NCBI GenBank assembly: GCA_037305845.1
Contig: CP147778.1
Location: 544,001-608,000, forward strand
Direction of reading: 5' to 3'
Length of the DNA: 64,000 bases
Source: Candidatus Freyarchaeum deiterrae
GTDB taxonomy: Archaea; Asgardarchaeota; Jordiarchaeia; Jordiarchaeales; Jordiarchaeaceae
Each line of letters opens with the position of its first letter. Positions within the stretch are counted from its first letter, which is position 1. A program made the position numbers and the translations under genes. The notes below the pieces were generated by a model. It searched no databases. It worked only from the letters and a program-made list of their open reading frames with translations, and was not told the origin of the DNA. Shown piece by piece: positions 22,490 through 32,577 of the stretch.

Positions 22490-23002
22490 TTGGCTGAAAA
22501 TGACAAGAGAGAGGAACTTAAAAAAACTCTCCGAAAAGCGGTAGCTCTTCTCGGAGATATTTCCGAAAAAATCGATGAAGTGACCTCAGCGCTCTCTTTC
22601 GCGCTCAGTATTGTAGGATACCGAGAAGGAGCGTCAATTCCAGAGGGAGTTGTAGTGGCTGGGGCGAAAGGTTCTCCGCCGGTTCCTATAACCTTTAAGA
22701 AAAAGGAAGACAGGGTAGCCGAAGTTTCGAAGGTAGTCGCACGTCCCGTAGACAGTAGATTCAAAACCCTGGAGGAATTAGTACCGGAAGGAACTCACAT
22801 CAAGGCGATGGTTTCAGAACTAGACGAGGTTAGAGATTGGATAATGGGAATCTCCCCGACGCAATCAACAGTAATGTATCAAATAAACCAGTGGAGCAGA
22901 ATACTCAAAAACTATCCCTACCAAAAACTGACAGAACGAGACGGGGGAGAGCTAATGTTCTCTATACATGAGTGGAAAACACGTTTATCAAAGATGAGTT
23001 AA
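22490..23002 (+). CDS. Hypothetical protein (N-terminal coiled coil, linker, C-terminal helical domain)
   Basis: TTG at 22490 after GAGGTG SD, in frame with the 22451 ORF. Confidence 0.65.
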   Translation: MAENDKREELKKTLRKAVALLGDISEKIDEVTSALSFALSIVGYREGASIPEGVVVAGAKGSPPVPITFKKKEDRVAEVSKVVARPVDSRFKTLEELVPEGTHIKAMVSELDEVRDWIMGISPTQSTVMYQINQWSRILKNYPYQKLTERDGGELMFSIHEWKTRLSKMS

Positions 23003-23127
23003 CTGGTATCCCCACTTACTTTCTTCTAATTACTCACTAAATTAGTAATGTTTTGAATATTTTTGATATAACTTTCTACTCTTTTTATAATAAAATACTC
23101 CGATCTCCAAGCTCTTTCTATCTTATT

Positions 23128-24843
23128 TCAATGAGTATGATTTTTCATTTCCTGTTCTCTGAGCAATTTTCGGTGAACTTTTCCAATTGGCGTTCTCGGA
23201 ATCTTATCAGTGAATTCCACTATTCGGGGCCATTTGTAACCAGCCATCTCGTTCTTAGCCCAATCCTTTAGTTCATTCTCCGTGATTTTACCTTTATACT
23301 CCTCCTTTACAACCACAAACGCTTTGATCGTTTCCCCTATCTCTGGTTCCGGCACGCCTACCACGGCGCACTCGAAAACCGCCGAGTGTTGATACAGTTT
23401 GTCTTCAACCTCGTCGGGTAACACTTTGTAACCTTTATACTTTATCATGTCGCTTTGTCTACCAACTATGTAGAAGTAGCCCTTCTCATCCATGTAAGCC
23501 AAGTCACTTGTATGGAGCCAGCCGTCCTCAAGGGTTTCCTCGGTTTTTTCTGGTTTTTTCCAGTACCCTTTCATCACCTGGGGGCCCTTCACCATTAACT
23601 CGCCGACTTCTCCGGTTGGGAGTTCTTTAGATCTAGTGTCCACATCTACAATCTTAACGTCGGTATCAATTACGGGTATGCCTATGCTCAATCCTTTCTT
23701 GGAAAGCCATGTAGGGTTCATATGTGTAGCGGGACTCGCCTCGCTGAGACCATAGGCCTGTCCCACATCCGAACCTACAATTTCCTTCCATTTCTTAATG
23801 AGCTCCTCGGGTATTGGAGCTGTACCCGAAATTACTCTATAAAGGGACGACAAATCATACTTTTGAAAATTAGGGTCATTAATCAAGAACTGGAACATTA
23901 GCGGAATGCCAATAAAATTTTCGGTTCGGTACATCTCTACGGCTTTCATTACTTGTTCTGGGTCAAAGCCGGTGTAGAGAATCATCATAGCTCTTTGCGC
24001 TATATATAGTTGAACTTGGCTAAAACCAAATATGTGACACATCGGCAGTACTGTTATACAGGATATTCTACCTTCTTCTTGTGGTGAGTTGGGTTCAATT
24101 CCAATGAGTTGGTATACGTTTGAGACTATGTTGTAATGAGTTTGCATTACTCCTTTCGGTAGTCCTGTGGTTCCCCCTGTGTACATTATAACGCATAAGT
24201 CTTCTTTAGGGTTTATTTCCACTTCGGGAGGTTTCGCTGGATATTTTTCCATTAATTCCTTTAGACTTGTGGTGCCAGGTCTTTTTTCTCCGCAGACGAT
24301 TATGTTTTCTATTTCAATCTTTTCTCTTACCTTTTCTATATTTGGATAGAGTGAGGAGCTGCAGATCAACGTGTCCATGATGCCACTGTCGTTAACGATG
24401 TACTCAATGTCTGATGGTTTGAGCATGGGGTTGATTGGAATCGCAACGGCTCCGTTCTGGCTGATTCCATAAACCGAGAATATGAATTCTGGGGAGTTGG
24501 TCATGTAAATACCAACGCCTCTACTCTTCTCCACACCCATATCTGCTAATCCCGCCGCTATTGTGTCGCTCCAGTGCATTAGTTCCCTGTAAGTGTATTT
24601 CTTTTCCTCCGGCACAAAGTATATTGCCAGATTATGTGGGTATTTCCGTGCCGCTTCTCGACCGATGTAGTGTATTGGTATCTCAGGATACTTTATGGTT
24701 TTAGGAACGCCCTTTGGGTGTAACTTTTCCCAGAGGCGGTTGGGTCTCACCCAGGGGCTCTGGTTCTTAAAGTCGTAATCTACTTTGTAATAGGGTTTTT
24801 CTTCTATCAACCTGAATCCACCCCTAAAAAGTAACATCTTCAA
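23128..24843 (-). CDS. fadD: Long-chain fatty acid-CoA ligase (AMP-binding)
   Basis: YTGGTTGLPKG, YGLSE, GPQVMKGYW, WLHTSDL, C-terminal PRTPIGK. Confidence 0.9.
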   Translation of the reverse strand: MKMLLFRGGFRLIEEKPYYKVDYDFKNQSPWVRPNRLWEKLHPKGVPKTIKYPEIPIHYIGREAARKYPHNLAIYFVPEEKKYTYRELMHWSDTIAAGLADMGVEKSRGVGIYMTNSPEFIFSVYGISQNGAVAIPINPMLKPSDIEYIVNDSGIMDTLICSSSLYPNIEKVREKIEIENIIVCGEKRPGTTSLKELMEKYPAKPPEVEINPKEDLCVIMYTGGTTGLPKGVMQTHYNIVSNVYQLIGIEPNSPQEEGRISCITVLPMCHIFGFSQVQLYIAQRAMMILYTGFDPEQVMKAVEMYRTENFIGIPLMFQFLINDPNFQKYDLSSLYRVISGTAPIPEELIKKWKEIVGSDVGQAYGLSEASPATHMNPTWLSKKGLSIGIPVIDTDVKIVDVDTRSKELPTGEVGELMVKGPQVMKGYWKKPEKTEETLEDGWLHTSDLAYMDEKGYFYIVGRQSDMIKYKGYKVLPDEVEDKLYQHSAVFECAVVGVPEPEIGETIKAFVVVKEEYKGKITENELKDWAKNEMAGYKWPRIVEFTDKIPRTPIGKVHRKLLREQEMKNHTH

Positions 24844-25026
24844 AGTTGAACTACTGATATGTTCATAAGTCGTATTTAAATTTGATTATTTTTATTATAA
24901 ACGAGCAAAGAGTAGGGGAAATGAAATGAGTTTAATAGGAGTTTATGGCTACCTTTCTGAGATTTTTATGAATCTTTGTATATTTTTAAAATGATGATGT
25001 TTTCTGGCCTTGATTATTTTTAAAAC

Positions 25027-25680
25027 TCACTTATTTTTGTATCCGATAATTTTTTTTTCGGAGTACAATTTCTTTAGTCCTTTGTAGACTTCTGTTCCTT
25101 TTTTGATTGTTTCGAGGTCTTCCTCATTCACTTTTCGGACGAGCTTTGCAGGTAATCCTATTATTTCGGATTTGGGTGGAAACTTTTTGTTGTAGGGTAC
25201 GAAGGTGTTCGCTCCGACGATGCTGTATTCTCCGATTTCAGAGTTGGTCATCACGGTAGAGTTCATTCCTATCATTGCATTGTTTCTGATTTTGCAGCCC
25301 CGGACTACGGCTCCATGCCCGATTGTAACGTTGTCGCCTATTTCGGTTTCCACAGTCATGTCACTGTGTATGACTGTGTTGTCTTGTATGTTGGTGTTTT
25401 TACCTATAGTGATTTTTCCTTCGTCTCCTCGGATTACGGCATTGAACCAGACGCTTGAACCCTCCCCTATTTCTACGTCTCCATAAATTTGCGCTCCTTC
25501 GGCGACGAAAACGGATTCGTGAACTTTCGGTTTAAGTATTTCTACCTTTTTGTCATTTGGCATTTTTCTTATACCCTCCATGGAGTCATATTTTTTATTT
25601 AGGGTATCTATTTTTTGCTTTTCTCTGTCGAACTGATTATTGGTTTTGTGGGGGTTTACGTTTCTTCCAATGTTTACCAT
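25027..25680 (-). CDS. Gamma carbonic anhydrase family (hexapeptide repeat) protein; true start probably ATG 25563
   Basis: GDVEIGEGSSVWFNAVIRGD, NIQDNTVIH, TIGHGAVV. Confidence 0.88.
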   Translation of the reverse strand: MVNIGRNVNPHKTNNQFDREKQKIDTLNKKYDSMEGIRKMPNDKKVEILKPKVHESVFVAEGAQIYGDVEIGEGSSVWFNAVIRGDEGKITIGKNTNIQDNTVIHSDMTVETEIGDNVTIGHGAVVRGCKIRNNAMIGMNSTVMTNSEIGEYSIVGANTFVPYNKKFPPKSEIIGLPAKLVRKVNEEDLETIKKGTEVYKGLKKLYSEKKIIGYKNK

Positions 25681-25772
25681 TGAGAAAAACTATTGCATAT
25701 TAAATCTATTTCCAAATAAGAGTTAAGAAGCCTTAAAGCAAAAATTATGGACAAATAAGCCATCAGTTTTGA

Positions 25773-27059
25773 TTATGAATCTTCGGGCGGAATCTTTTCT
25801 CTTCGGGTCTTTCTAGACACGTTTTGAACCTTTTCAGGTTTTTCCAGGCGCATTTCGGGGAGCTTTTGCCTACCCACGTATATGATTAGAGGTATTGTCA
25901 GCAGTATTATCAGTATGCTTATTATGGTAACGATTTGGAAGCCTGAAAACTTGTTGGTAGCCCAACCTTCAAACACGGGAGCCAGTAAGTAGGGTGCTAG
26001 AGCATACCCAAAGTATCTAGCGCTATTGAAAAGTGATGAGCCAGCCCCCCTCAATTTGGGCGTGAGCTCCACTGAGAACGCCGTTAAAGGCAACCAAAAC
26101 ATGTTACTTGCGACCCCGTATATCGCGTTTGAAATCAGGAACGTCAAAAATCCTTGCGATAAGAAAAGCAAAAACAGTGAAAACACACTTACAGCAAGTC
26201 CCACATAGGCTATTTTCCTTCTTCCCCATCTATCGGTTATATATCCGAATAACGGAGCTAAGAAAATAACAACAGCACCCGCAATGGAGAGAATTATACC
26301 TATGGATTCAGAGTTTAGGTATAAAGGTGGCTGTGACAGTGTCTCTGAGAGAAATGATTGTACACCTACAAATCCTAGGAAACCGAGAAACCCAGCAGCA
26401 CTAAGTGCCAACACACCTTTTGAAGAGCCAACCTCTTTCAATTCCGCAAAAACATGTTTGATGAGGTGTATATCGATTTCCTTAGGCTCATTAACATTTC
26501 CGAGGACGAACCAGATAAGAACAAGTGAGAGAAACGCCATGCCGCTCAACATAAAGTAGATATCCCACCACTCGTTAGCCAAAAAACCAGCGAGCAGGGG
26601 ACCAAGGGCAGTTCCTCCAGCAAGTACCGATGAGTAGACCCCTATTACCTTTCCTCGATACTCGATTTTTGTAAGATCCCCAATAGCCGCGGGTAAAACT
26701 GGTCCTATGAAAGCGAAGCCTATTCCACAGAGAAATCTTGCTCCCAGAAATACCCAGATATTAAAGTGTGGACTGAAACCGATTATCATCAAACCTATTC
26801 CGTAGATTAAGAAGCCCCAAGCCAAAACAGGCCTCCTGCCATAAACATCAGACATGGTTCCCGTGAAAAGCTGAAAGAACGCGAAAGGAGCCATCAAAGC
26901 AGTTATAGCGAGCAAAACCGTACCCACGTCTGCATTAAAAGTAGACATCAATGTTGGTACCAAAGCCAACACCGTGTTAGCGGACAAAGGACCCACGAAT
27001 CCCACGATGTAAAGCACCAAGAGCTTAGAGTTAGCATAACGAGACCGGACACTAGTCAC
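25773..27059 (-). CDS. MFS transporter (DHA1-like)
   Basis: About 12 TMs; GTMSDVYGRRP and GYITDRWGRR motif A. Confidence 0.92.
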   Translation of the reverse strand: MTSVRSRYANSKLLVLYIVGFVGPLSANTVLALVPTLMSTFNADVGTVLLAITALMAPFAFFQLFTGTMSDVYGRRPVLAWGFLIYGIGLMIIGFSPHFNIWVFLGARFLCGIGFAFIGPVLPAAIGDLTKIEYRGKVIGVYSSVLAGGTALGPLLAGFLANEWWDIYFMLSGMAFLSLVLIWFVLGNVNEPKEIDIHLIKHVFAELKEVGSSKGVLALSAAGFLGFLGFVGVQSFLSETLSQPPLYLNSESIGIILSIAGAVVIFLAPLFGYITDRWGRRKIAYVGLAVSVFSLFLLFLSQGFLTFLISNAIYGVASNMFWLPLTAFSVELTPKLRGAGSSLFNSARYFGYALAPYLLAPVFEGWATNKFSGFQIVTIISILIILLTIPLIIYVGRQKLPEMRLEKPEKVQNVSRKTRREKIPPEDS

Positions 27060-27325
27060 TAATCACACATTCCTAAATATTTGCTTTTCACATTAAACAG
27101 AAACAAGAATATTAATATTTCTATCTTCGGATAATCCAAATCTTAACTTTTATCTCCATAGCTCATAAATCATCCACTGTGGGAGGGTACTCCCCTCCCG
27201 AGAGACGGGATCCTTTAACCTCTTCAGAATTTCTTTAATCTTATCCGAGCTCAGAGCGCCTCTTCAACAATTGTACCATAAAGACTTCATTATAATCATA
27301 TTTTTGAAATTTAGGCTGGATTAAA

Positions 27326-28108
27326 TTACTTTTTTCTGCTCCTCTTTTCCATATAACTTGTAAAGAGTTTTCCAATATCCTCTGTTCTTAAACATATATC
27401 CTGAGCAAGTACGGTGTACTCGAGTACAGTTTCCATGTCTACTTCTAGGGATTTGTTCGCGATTTTTTTGGCGAGGCCGATTGCAATTAGGCCGTTGTCC
27501 TTGATTTCGTTCGCCATCTCAGTGGCTGTGTCCATAAGTTTTCCCGCGGGGACAATCTTGTTCACTAATCCTATTTTCTCAGCTTCCGCTGCGTCTATAA
27601 GTCTGCCAGTGAATATGAGTTCTTTCGCTCTTCCAAGTCCAACTATTCTGGGGAGCCTCTGAGCCCCTCCAAGGTCTGGTACGATGCCGAAGCAAACCTC
27701 GGGGATACCCATCCTAGAATTATCCGCTGCTATCCGAATGTCACAACAGAGTGCTATTTCCAATCCGCCACCGATAGCTGCACCATTGATAGCCGCTATG
27801 ACTGGTTTCTCAATGTTCTCAAGCAGGCTCCAGCCCATCTGGAACTTTCTCAACATATCCCTGAAACTGGAGGAAGATGCCCCACCGAGAGCTCCCAGTG
27901 CAGTGAAATCTATACCTGCTGAGAAAACAATTCCTGCACCGGTCACAATAACAACTTTAACCTCACTATCGTCTGATACAATTCTTGCAGCTTCTCCAAT
28001 CTCACCGAACATTTCATTGTTTATAGCATTTTTTTTCTCAGGTCTGTTAAGAATAATTTTCCCTATGCCGTCTTCCTTCTCAATCAAAATAGTTTCCAGT
28101 TCCTTCAC
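27326..28108 (-). CDS. Enoyl-CoA hydratase
   Basis: LNRPEKKNA, FSAGIDF, GGGLEIALCCDIR, IPEVCFGIVP (both catalytic Glu present). Confidence 0.92.
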   Translation of the reverse strand: MKELETILIEKEDGIGKIILNRPEKKNAINNEMFGEIGEAARIVSDDSEVKVVIVTGAGIVFSAGIDFTALGALGGASSSSFRDMLRKFQMGWSLLENIEKPVIAAINGAAIGGGLEIALCCDIRIAADNSRMGIPEVCFGIVPDLGGAQRLPRIVGLGRAKELIFTGRLIDAAEAEKIGLVNKIVPAGKLMDTATEMANEIKDNGLIAIGLAKKIANKSLEVDMETVLEYTVLAQDICLRTEDIGKLFTSYMEKRSRKK

Positions 28109-28202
28109 AAAATTCCTCCTAAACAGTTTAGAAATATCTCTCTATGTTGCATAACATCTTGTTACTAACCTATTTTTATAACCATATTTGCCTAGTAAAG
28201 TT

Positions 28203-28724
28203 TTACAATGCAAAGTCTTCTCTATCAAAGATGGATTCAAGCTTAATGCCGTAGGACGCTAGTCTCTCACTGGCTCCTTCTAGTAAGTCAACTATGGTTA
28301 CTGCGTGCTCTACTACGCATCCAGCCTCTCTCACAGTTTTAGCCACGTTAAGAAGTGATTCTCCACTTGTCGCTACATCGTCTACAAGAACAGCCCTTTT
28401 TCCAAGGTTGCCCTCGATCTGCTCCCTTAATCCGTACTTAGGGACTTGTTTTCGGACGAAGAAACCGGGAATTCCTCCTAGCGCGCATATTGCCGAAATT
28501 AGAGGAAGCGAGCTATCCTCAGTTCCCCCCACGCAGTCTGCATTATACTGCTTAATTTTAGGCAACATAGTCTCAGCAATCAGTTTACATCCCGTTGGAT
28601 CGAGAGCTATGGGTCTTATGTTGAAGTAAAAGTTGCTCATGCGTGTACTCGAAAGAATTATGGGTTTACCCCTTACAACTCCTTTCTCAATAATTAAACG
28701 CTTAAGCTCATCTCTAGATGACAA
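28203..28724 (-). CDS. pyrE: Orotate phosphoribosyltransferase
   Basis: ILSS..SNFYFN, FFVRKQVPKYG..IEG, LVDDVATSGES PRPP motif. Confidence 0.85.
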   Translation of the reverse strand: MSSRDELKRLIIEKGVVRGKPIILSSTRMSNFYFNIRPIALDPTGCKLIAETMLPKIKQYNADCVGGTEDSSLPLISAICALGGIPGFFVRKQVPKYGLREQIEGNLGKRAVLVDDVATSGESLLNVAKTVREAGCVVEHAVTIVDLLEGASERLASYGIKLESIFDREDFAL

Positions 28725-28907
28725 GTAATCGCCTCAGAAAGACTAAGACTATCTTTTTATCAAGAGGTTTCACTTCAAACTTAAAAACTTTCCACCCAAA
28801 AAAGGAGATATCATTTACAAAGATTCGCAATAGCGTTCCATTCCTTTAAGATTGAAATGCATCGCAAGGAAGTTATTAAAAAAAAGGGAAAAAAGAAATC
28901 GTTTTTT

Positions 28908-29047
28908 TTATTTTCATTTGAACTTCGGTTGTTCTCTTTTCCAGAAAGGCTGATTAGTACTGAGCTTATGAAGTCCAGCCTCTTGAGTTGGTTAAATGTT
29001 AACCAATAGAGGGGAGGTTCACTCTTATGGATGATATGTTTGTACGT
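28908..29047 (-). pseudogene. Relic of a formerly fused C-terminal crotonase domain (internally deleted)
   Basis: In frame after the TAG of the upstream gene: TYKHIIHKSEPPLYWLTFNQLKRLDFIS (crotonase N-terminus), then SAFLEKR/QPKFK*K* (crotonase C-terminus). Confidence 0.7.
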
Positions 29048-30259
29048 CTAACCAGCACCGACTTTAGCGCCATATTCGAAGAATCCTTTACCGGCCTTAA
29101 CGCCAGTCTTCCCTTCGCTAACCATTTTTGTCAGTAACTCGTCCGGCTTATAGTAGTCGCCGTATTTGGCTTGCTTATCCTTGAGAATCTTCACTATTTT
29201 GTCTATTCCCCACGCGTCAGCCATTTCGCAGAGACCCTTTGGGTAGCCTAATCCCAGTTTAACTCCTGTATCTATGTCCTTTGGGTCAGCTACATCGTTT
29301 CTAATAAGCCATGTCGCCGCGTTAACTACCGGGGCGAAGATCGTTATGGGATCGAACTTGTCTCCTACACCTTTCGGAATTGTAGGGCGTCCCTTGCTCC
29401 AGTCGTAGAACCCCTTTCCAGTTTTTTGCCCGTACTCTTTTTTACTAGCTTTTTCCGCGAATAGTTTCTCTGGTCCTGCAGCCTTTGGATCTCTTTTCTT
29501 TGCTCCTTCTCCAGCTTTCACTATAGTGTCTATGCCGTTGTAGTCAGCTAATAGGAATGCGCCCATAGGTAATCCGATCTTGTAAGCTAGAGCGGAGTCG
29601 ATTTCCTCCACTTTTGCTTCGCCTCTCTCCACTGTTCTGGCGGCTTCGACAAATAGTGGTCCCACTAGTCGGTTGACTATGAATCCGGGAACATCTTTTC
29701 TGCACATGACTACTTGTTTGCCCATCTTCTTCGACATTTCCTCTGTGGTCTGGGCGGTTTCGTTGTCTGTTTTTTTTCCTCTGATTATTTCTACAAGGGG
29801 CATGAGTGGCGGAGGGTTGAAGAAGTGCATTCCGATAACCCTTTCGGGTTTGCTTGTCGCACTCGCGATGTCCGATATGGGAAGAGTGCTGGTGTTTGTT
29901 GCCAATATTGCGCGCTTGGGTGCCTTTGTATCAAGTTCTTTGAATATCTGTTTTTTGAGATCCATGACCTCTGGTATGGCTTCTACAATAAAGTCCGCAT
30001 CTTTAACAGCCTTATCGAAGTCCACGACACCCTTCAATTTCGACCAAGCTTTATCCGCCATCTCCTGGCTGATTCTTTTCTTTTCAGCAAATTTATCCAA
30101 GCTACTTTTAATATTAGCCATTCCTTTATCGACAAGTTCCTGATTTATGTCCCTGAGAACAGTTTCATAGCCGGCTAAAGCAGCGAGCTCTGCTATACCA
30201 TGACCCATGATGCCAGCGCCTAGCACGGCCACTTTTTTGACTTCACTTATTTTTACCAT
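29048..30259 (-). CDS. 3-hydroxyacyl-CoA dehydrogenase with two C-terminal dimerisation domains (archaeal bifunctional-enzyme type)
   Basis: GAGIMGHG, VEAIPE, TNTSTL, GMHFFNP, two G-x-K-x-GKGFY/F motifs. Confidence 0.92.
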   Translation of the reverse strand: MVKISEVKKVAVLGAGIMGHGIAELAALAGYETVLRDINQELVDKGMANIKSSLDKFAEKKRISQEMADKAWSKLKGVVDFDKAVKDADFIVEAIPEVMDLKKQIFKELDTKAPKRAILATNTSTLPISDIASATSKPERVIGMHFFNPPPLMPLVEIIRGKKTDNETAQTTEEMSKKMGKQVVMCRKDVPGFIVNRLVGPLFVEAARTVERGEAKVEEIDSALAYKIGLPMGAFLLADYNGIDTIVKAGEGAKKRDPKAAGPEKLFAEKASKKEYGQKTGKGFYDWSKGRPTIPKGVGDKFDPITIFAPVVNAATWLIRNDVADPKDIDTGVKLGLGYPKGLCEMADAWGIDKIVKILKDKQAKYGDYYKPDELLTKMVSEGKTGVKAGKGFFEYGAKVGAG

Positions 30260-30625
30260 TTTAATTCTCCCCTAAAATTATTTGAAACTAAGAGTTAACC
30301 TTACTATAAAGCTTTTCACTAAAAATAGTTTTCCTAGATCCTTTGTTTCATCTTTTTATACATTAGTTTTGCTAGGTTGAAGTTTGATAAAGTCTCATAT
30401 TCAGATTTTTGTTTGTTCTTGTTCAGTCATATGTTTTTGAATTACCAGTACACTGCTTATTAATGGTTTATTTGATACTTCAACAATTTGTCGGTACGGA
30501 GAGGGAGCTGAAATTTCTAGAGGAAAGGTTTTCCTCGGGCGATCTGAGGCTGCTGTGGTTTACTGCATTTTTCTCTAAAGGTTTATAATTGTTGCATTCT
30601 AGTGGTATAGTGTGAGAGTGTTGTT

Positions 30626-31134
30626 ATGGGTGTTGGCAGGGTTTCCGCGGAGTACCGAAGACTTTTGGAGGACTATGTTTCGAATATTCTTTTACACTTT
30701 GGGGACCGGTTGAGGTCTGTGTGTCTTTTCGGCTCCGTTGCCTGAGGGGAGGCCACTCCTGAGAGTGCCATTGATGTTCTTGTTGTTGCCGATGACCTTC
30801 CAAGAGATGTGGGTTTAAGGACGAGGGAAACGAATTGGATTCATATGAAGCTAAGAGAGATGGAATCCTATCACTCACTAAAAAACTTGGGAGAAATTGC
30901 TTAATTTCGGACATCTTCCTCACCCCTCAAGAGGTGGAAAAGCATCCACCTATACTCTTAGACATGATAGATGACGGAGTACTCCTCTACGATAGAGATA
31001 GCTTCCTCGAGAACGCTCTGAAAAAACTATCTGAAAGACTGAGGGAGCTGGGAGCGAGGAGAGTTAAGACGGAAAAGGGTCACTATTGGATTCTCAAGCC
31101 TGACGCTAAGCCGTCAGAGGTGGTAAAGATTTGA
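30626..31134 (+). pseudogene. Minimal nucleotidyltransferase (MNT) antitoxin, disrupted
   Basis: MGVGRVSAEYRRLLEDY, frameshift, FGDRLRSVCLFGSVA*GEATPESAIDVLVV (stop inside GSxARG; DxD changed to AxD), second frameshift into ISDIFLTPQEV...YWILKPD. Confidence 0.8.
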
Positions 31135-31547
31135 GAAATACGAAAATGGCTTCCGATCATATTTTCAGAGCGCAGAGATGCTTAAGGGAAGCTGAACTAG
31201 CCCTGAAGGAGAAAGACTACGCGGGAGCGGTTAGAAGATCGCAGGAAGCTCTAGAACTAGCAGTAAAAACCATCTTGAGGTACATTACAGTTGAGTATCC
31301 GAGAGAGTACGATGTTAGCGGTGTTCTCGCACAGGTTGAAGACAGGTTGCCCAACTATCTGAGAGAAAGACTCCAAGACATTATAGAACTTTCAGCAGAG
31401 CTAGCTAGGGTTAGGGGACCTGCACTCTACGGTTACGAAATAGAGGGAATACCTGCCAGAGACACCTTTGGAAGAGACTATGCAGAAAACACTTACCACA
31501 AGGTCAAGGAGTCGTGGGCCTCTGCACCGAATTTCTTAAACCAGTAA
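31131..31547 (+). CDS. HEPN domain protein (MNT-HEPN toxin), possibly degenerate
   Basis: LREAELAL..DYAGAVRRSQEALELAVK, YPREYDV, RGPALYG; overlaps the MNT stop codon. Confidence 0.8.
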   Translation: MRNTKMASDHIFRAQRCLREAELALKEKDYAGAVRRSQEALELAVKTILRYITVEYPREYDVSGVLAQVEDRLPNYLRERLQDIIELSAELARVRGPALYGYEIEGIPARDTFGRDYAENTYHKVKESWASAPNFLNQ

Positions 31548-31775
31548 AAAATCTTTCAGGTAGTTAATCCGCCCCAACAACCACTTCAAGTTTTGACACC
31601 ACGTGGCTCCATAAAGATCCCGAGTCAACTTCCACATCAGGTTTGCCTAAAGCGAAGGGAACATCAATCTCAACTATTTTCTCTAGAGCGGCTTCAAACA
31701 TCTTTCTAGCTACTTCAGCTTCCTGTCATTGAAATTCAAAAGCTTCTTTATGTGGGAATTTTTATATAGTGGGAG

Positions 31776-32048
31776 GTGGGATTAATTCTTTGGTGTGCAT
31801 ATTTGACCGGGGACTTAGTTAAGGTTGACAAAAAGGGGAGAATTTTTATACCTACTAAGATTCGGAAGGAGTTAAATATTAAGAACATTGTTGAGATTGA
31901 GGTTCAGGGGAGGAAGATTATTTTGAAGCCGGTTGAAGATCCCTTGGATTCCTTGGAAAAAATGGTTGTTAAAGGTACGAAGGATGTTGAGAAAGAGATT
32001 AGAATACTGCGGGGTATAGCTGAGCGCGAACTCACTAAGGGGGGGTAG
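31776..32048 (+). CDS. AbrB/MazE-like antitoxin (VapB); start probably TTG 31803
   Basis: VKVDKKGRIFIPTKIRKELNI...IILKP. Confidence 0.88.
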   Translation: MGLILWCAYLTGDLVKVDKKGRIFIPTKIRKELNIKNIVEIEVQGRKIILKPVEDPLDSLEKMVVKGTKDVEKEIRILRGIAERELTKGG

Positions 32049-32056
32049 CTAATACT

Positions 32057-32473
32057 GTGCCGTTTCTCATTGAAACCGATGTCCTACTCGCCCTAATATC
32101 ACCAGAAGATAAATACCATGTTGATGTAATTAAGTTGCTTGATAGTTTTGTTGGAGAAATTCGGCTCTCCCCTTATGCAGTAGTAGAATTAGACCTACTT
32201 TTAAAATCGGGAGGAATTGTTATCACCGAAATCAAAACTTTCTATTCACTTTTAAGTAAGGTCTTGCAATATCGAAAGGTAGACTCACTTTTGATTAAGC
32301 CAACTTATCACGGCGAAGCGGGAGAGCTTAGAGAGAAATATAAAGGGCTAACTTACTTCGATAGCCTTCACGCAGCGATTGGAATAACCGAAAACTTGGA
32401 ACTACTAAGTTATGATAAGGAATATCTCAAGATAAAGGAGTTAACATGCACAAGCCCAAAAAAATACGTTTAA
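32057..32473 (+). CDS. vapC: PIN domain toxin (VapC family)
   Basis: LIETDVLLAL, ELDL, LTYFDSLHAA, LLSYDKEY. Confidence 0.85.
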   Translation: MPFLIETDVLLALISPEDKYHVDVIKLLDSFVGEIRLSPYAVVELDLLLKSGGIVITEIKTFYSLLSKVLQYRKVDSLLIKPTYHGEAGELREKYKGLTYFDSLHAAIGITENLELLSYDKEYLKIKELTCTSPKKYV

Positions 32474-32577
32474 AGTTATTCTAGTTTCATTGCTTATTTA
32501 TACACTTCAATTGAGGTTCGAAAATTATTTTCAACCAATTCATCTATCGATTTAAGGACTTTTCACTAGGGGTAATC

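Noticed and set aside
29048-29050. TAG readthrough (pyrrolysine) into a crotonase domain
   Set aside because: The downstream domain is mostly deleted and frameshifted, so readthrough would give no functional domain.
30743-30745. In-frame TGA in the MNT gene as selenocysteine
   Set aside because: It aligns to the Arg of GSxARG, not a Cys, and the gene has additional frameshifts.
31564-31725. Open minus-strand stretch QEAEVARKMFEAALEKIVEIDVPF...
   Set aside because: Possibly a gene remnant, but no family could be assigned.
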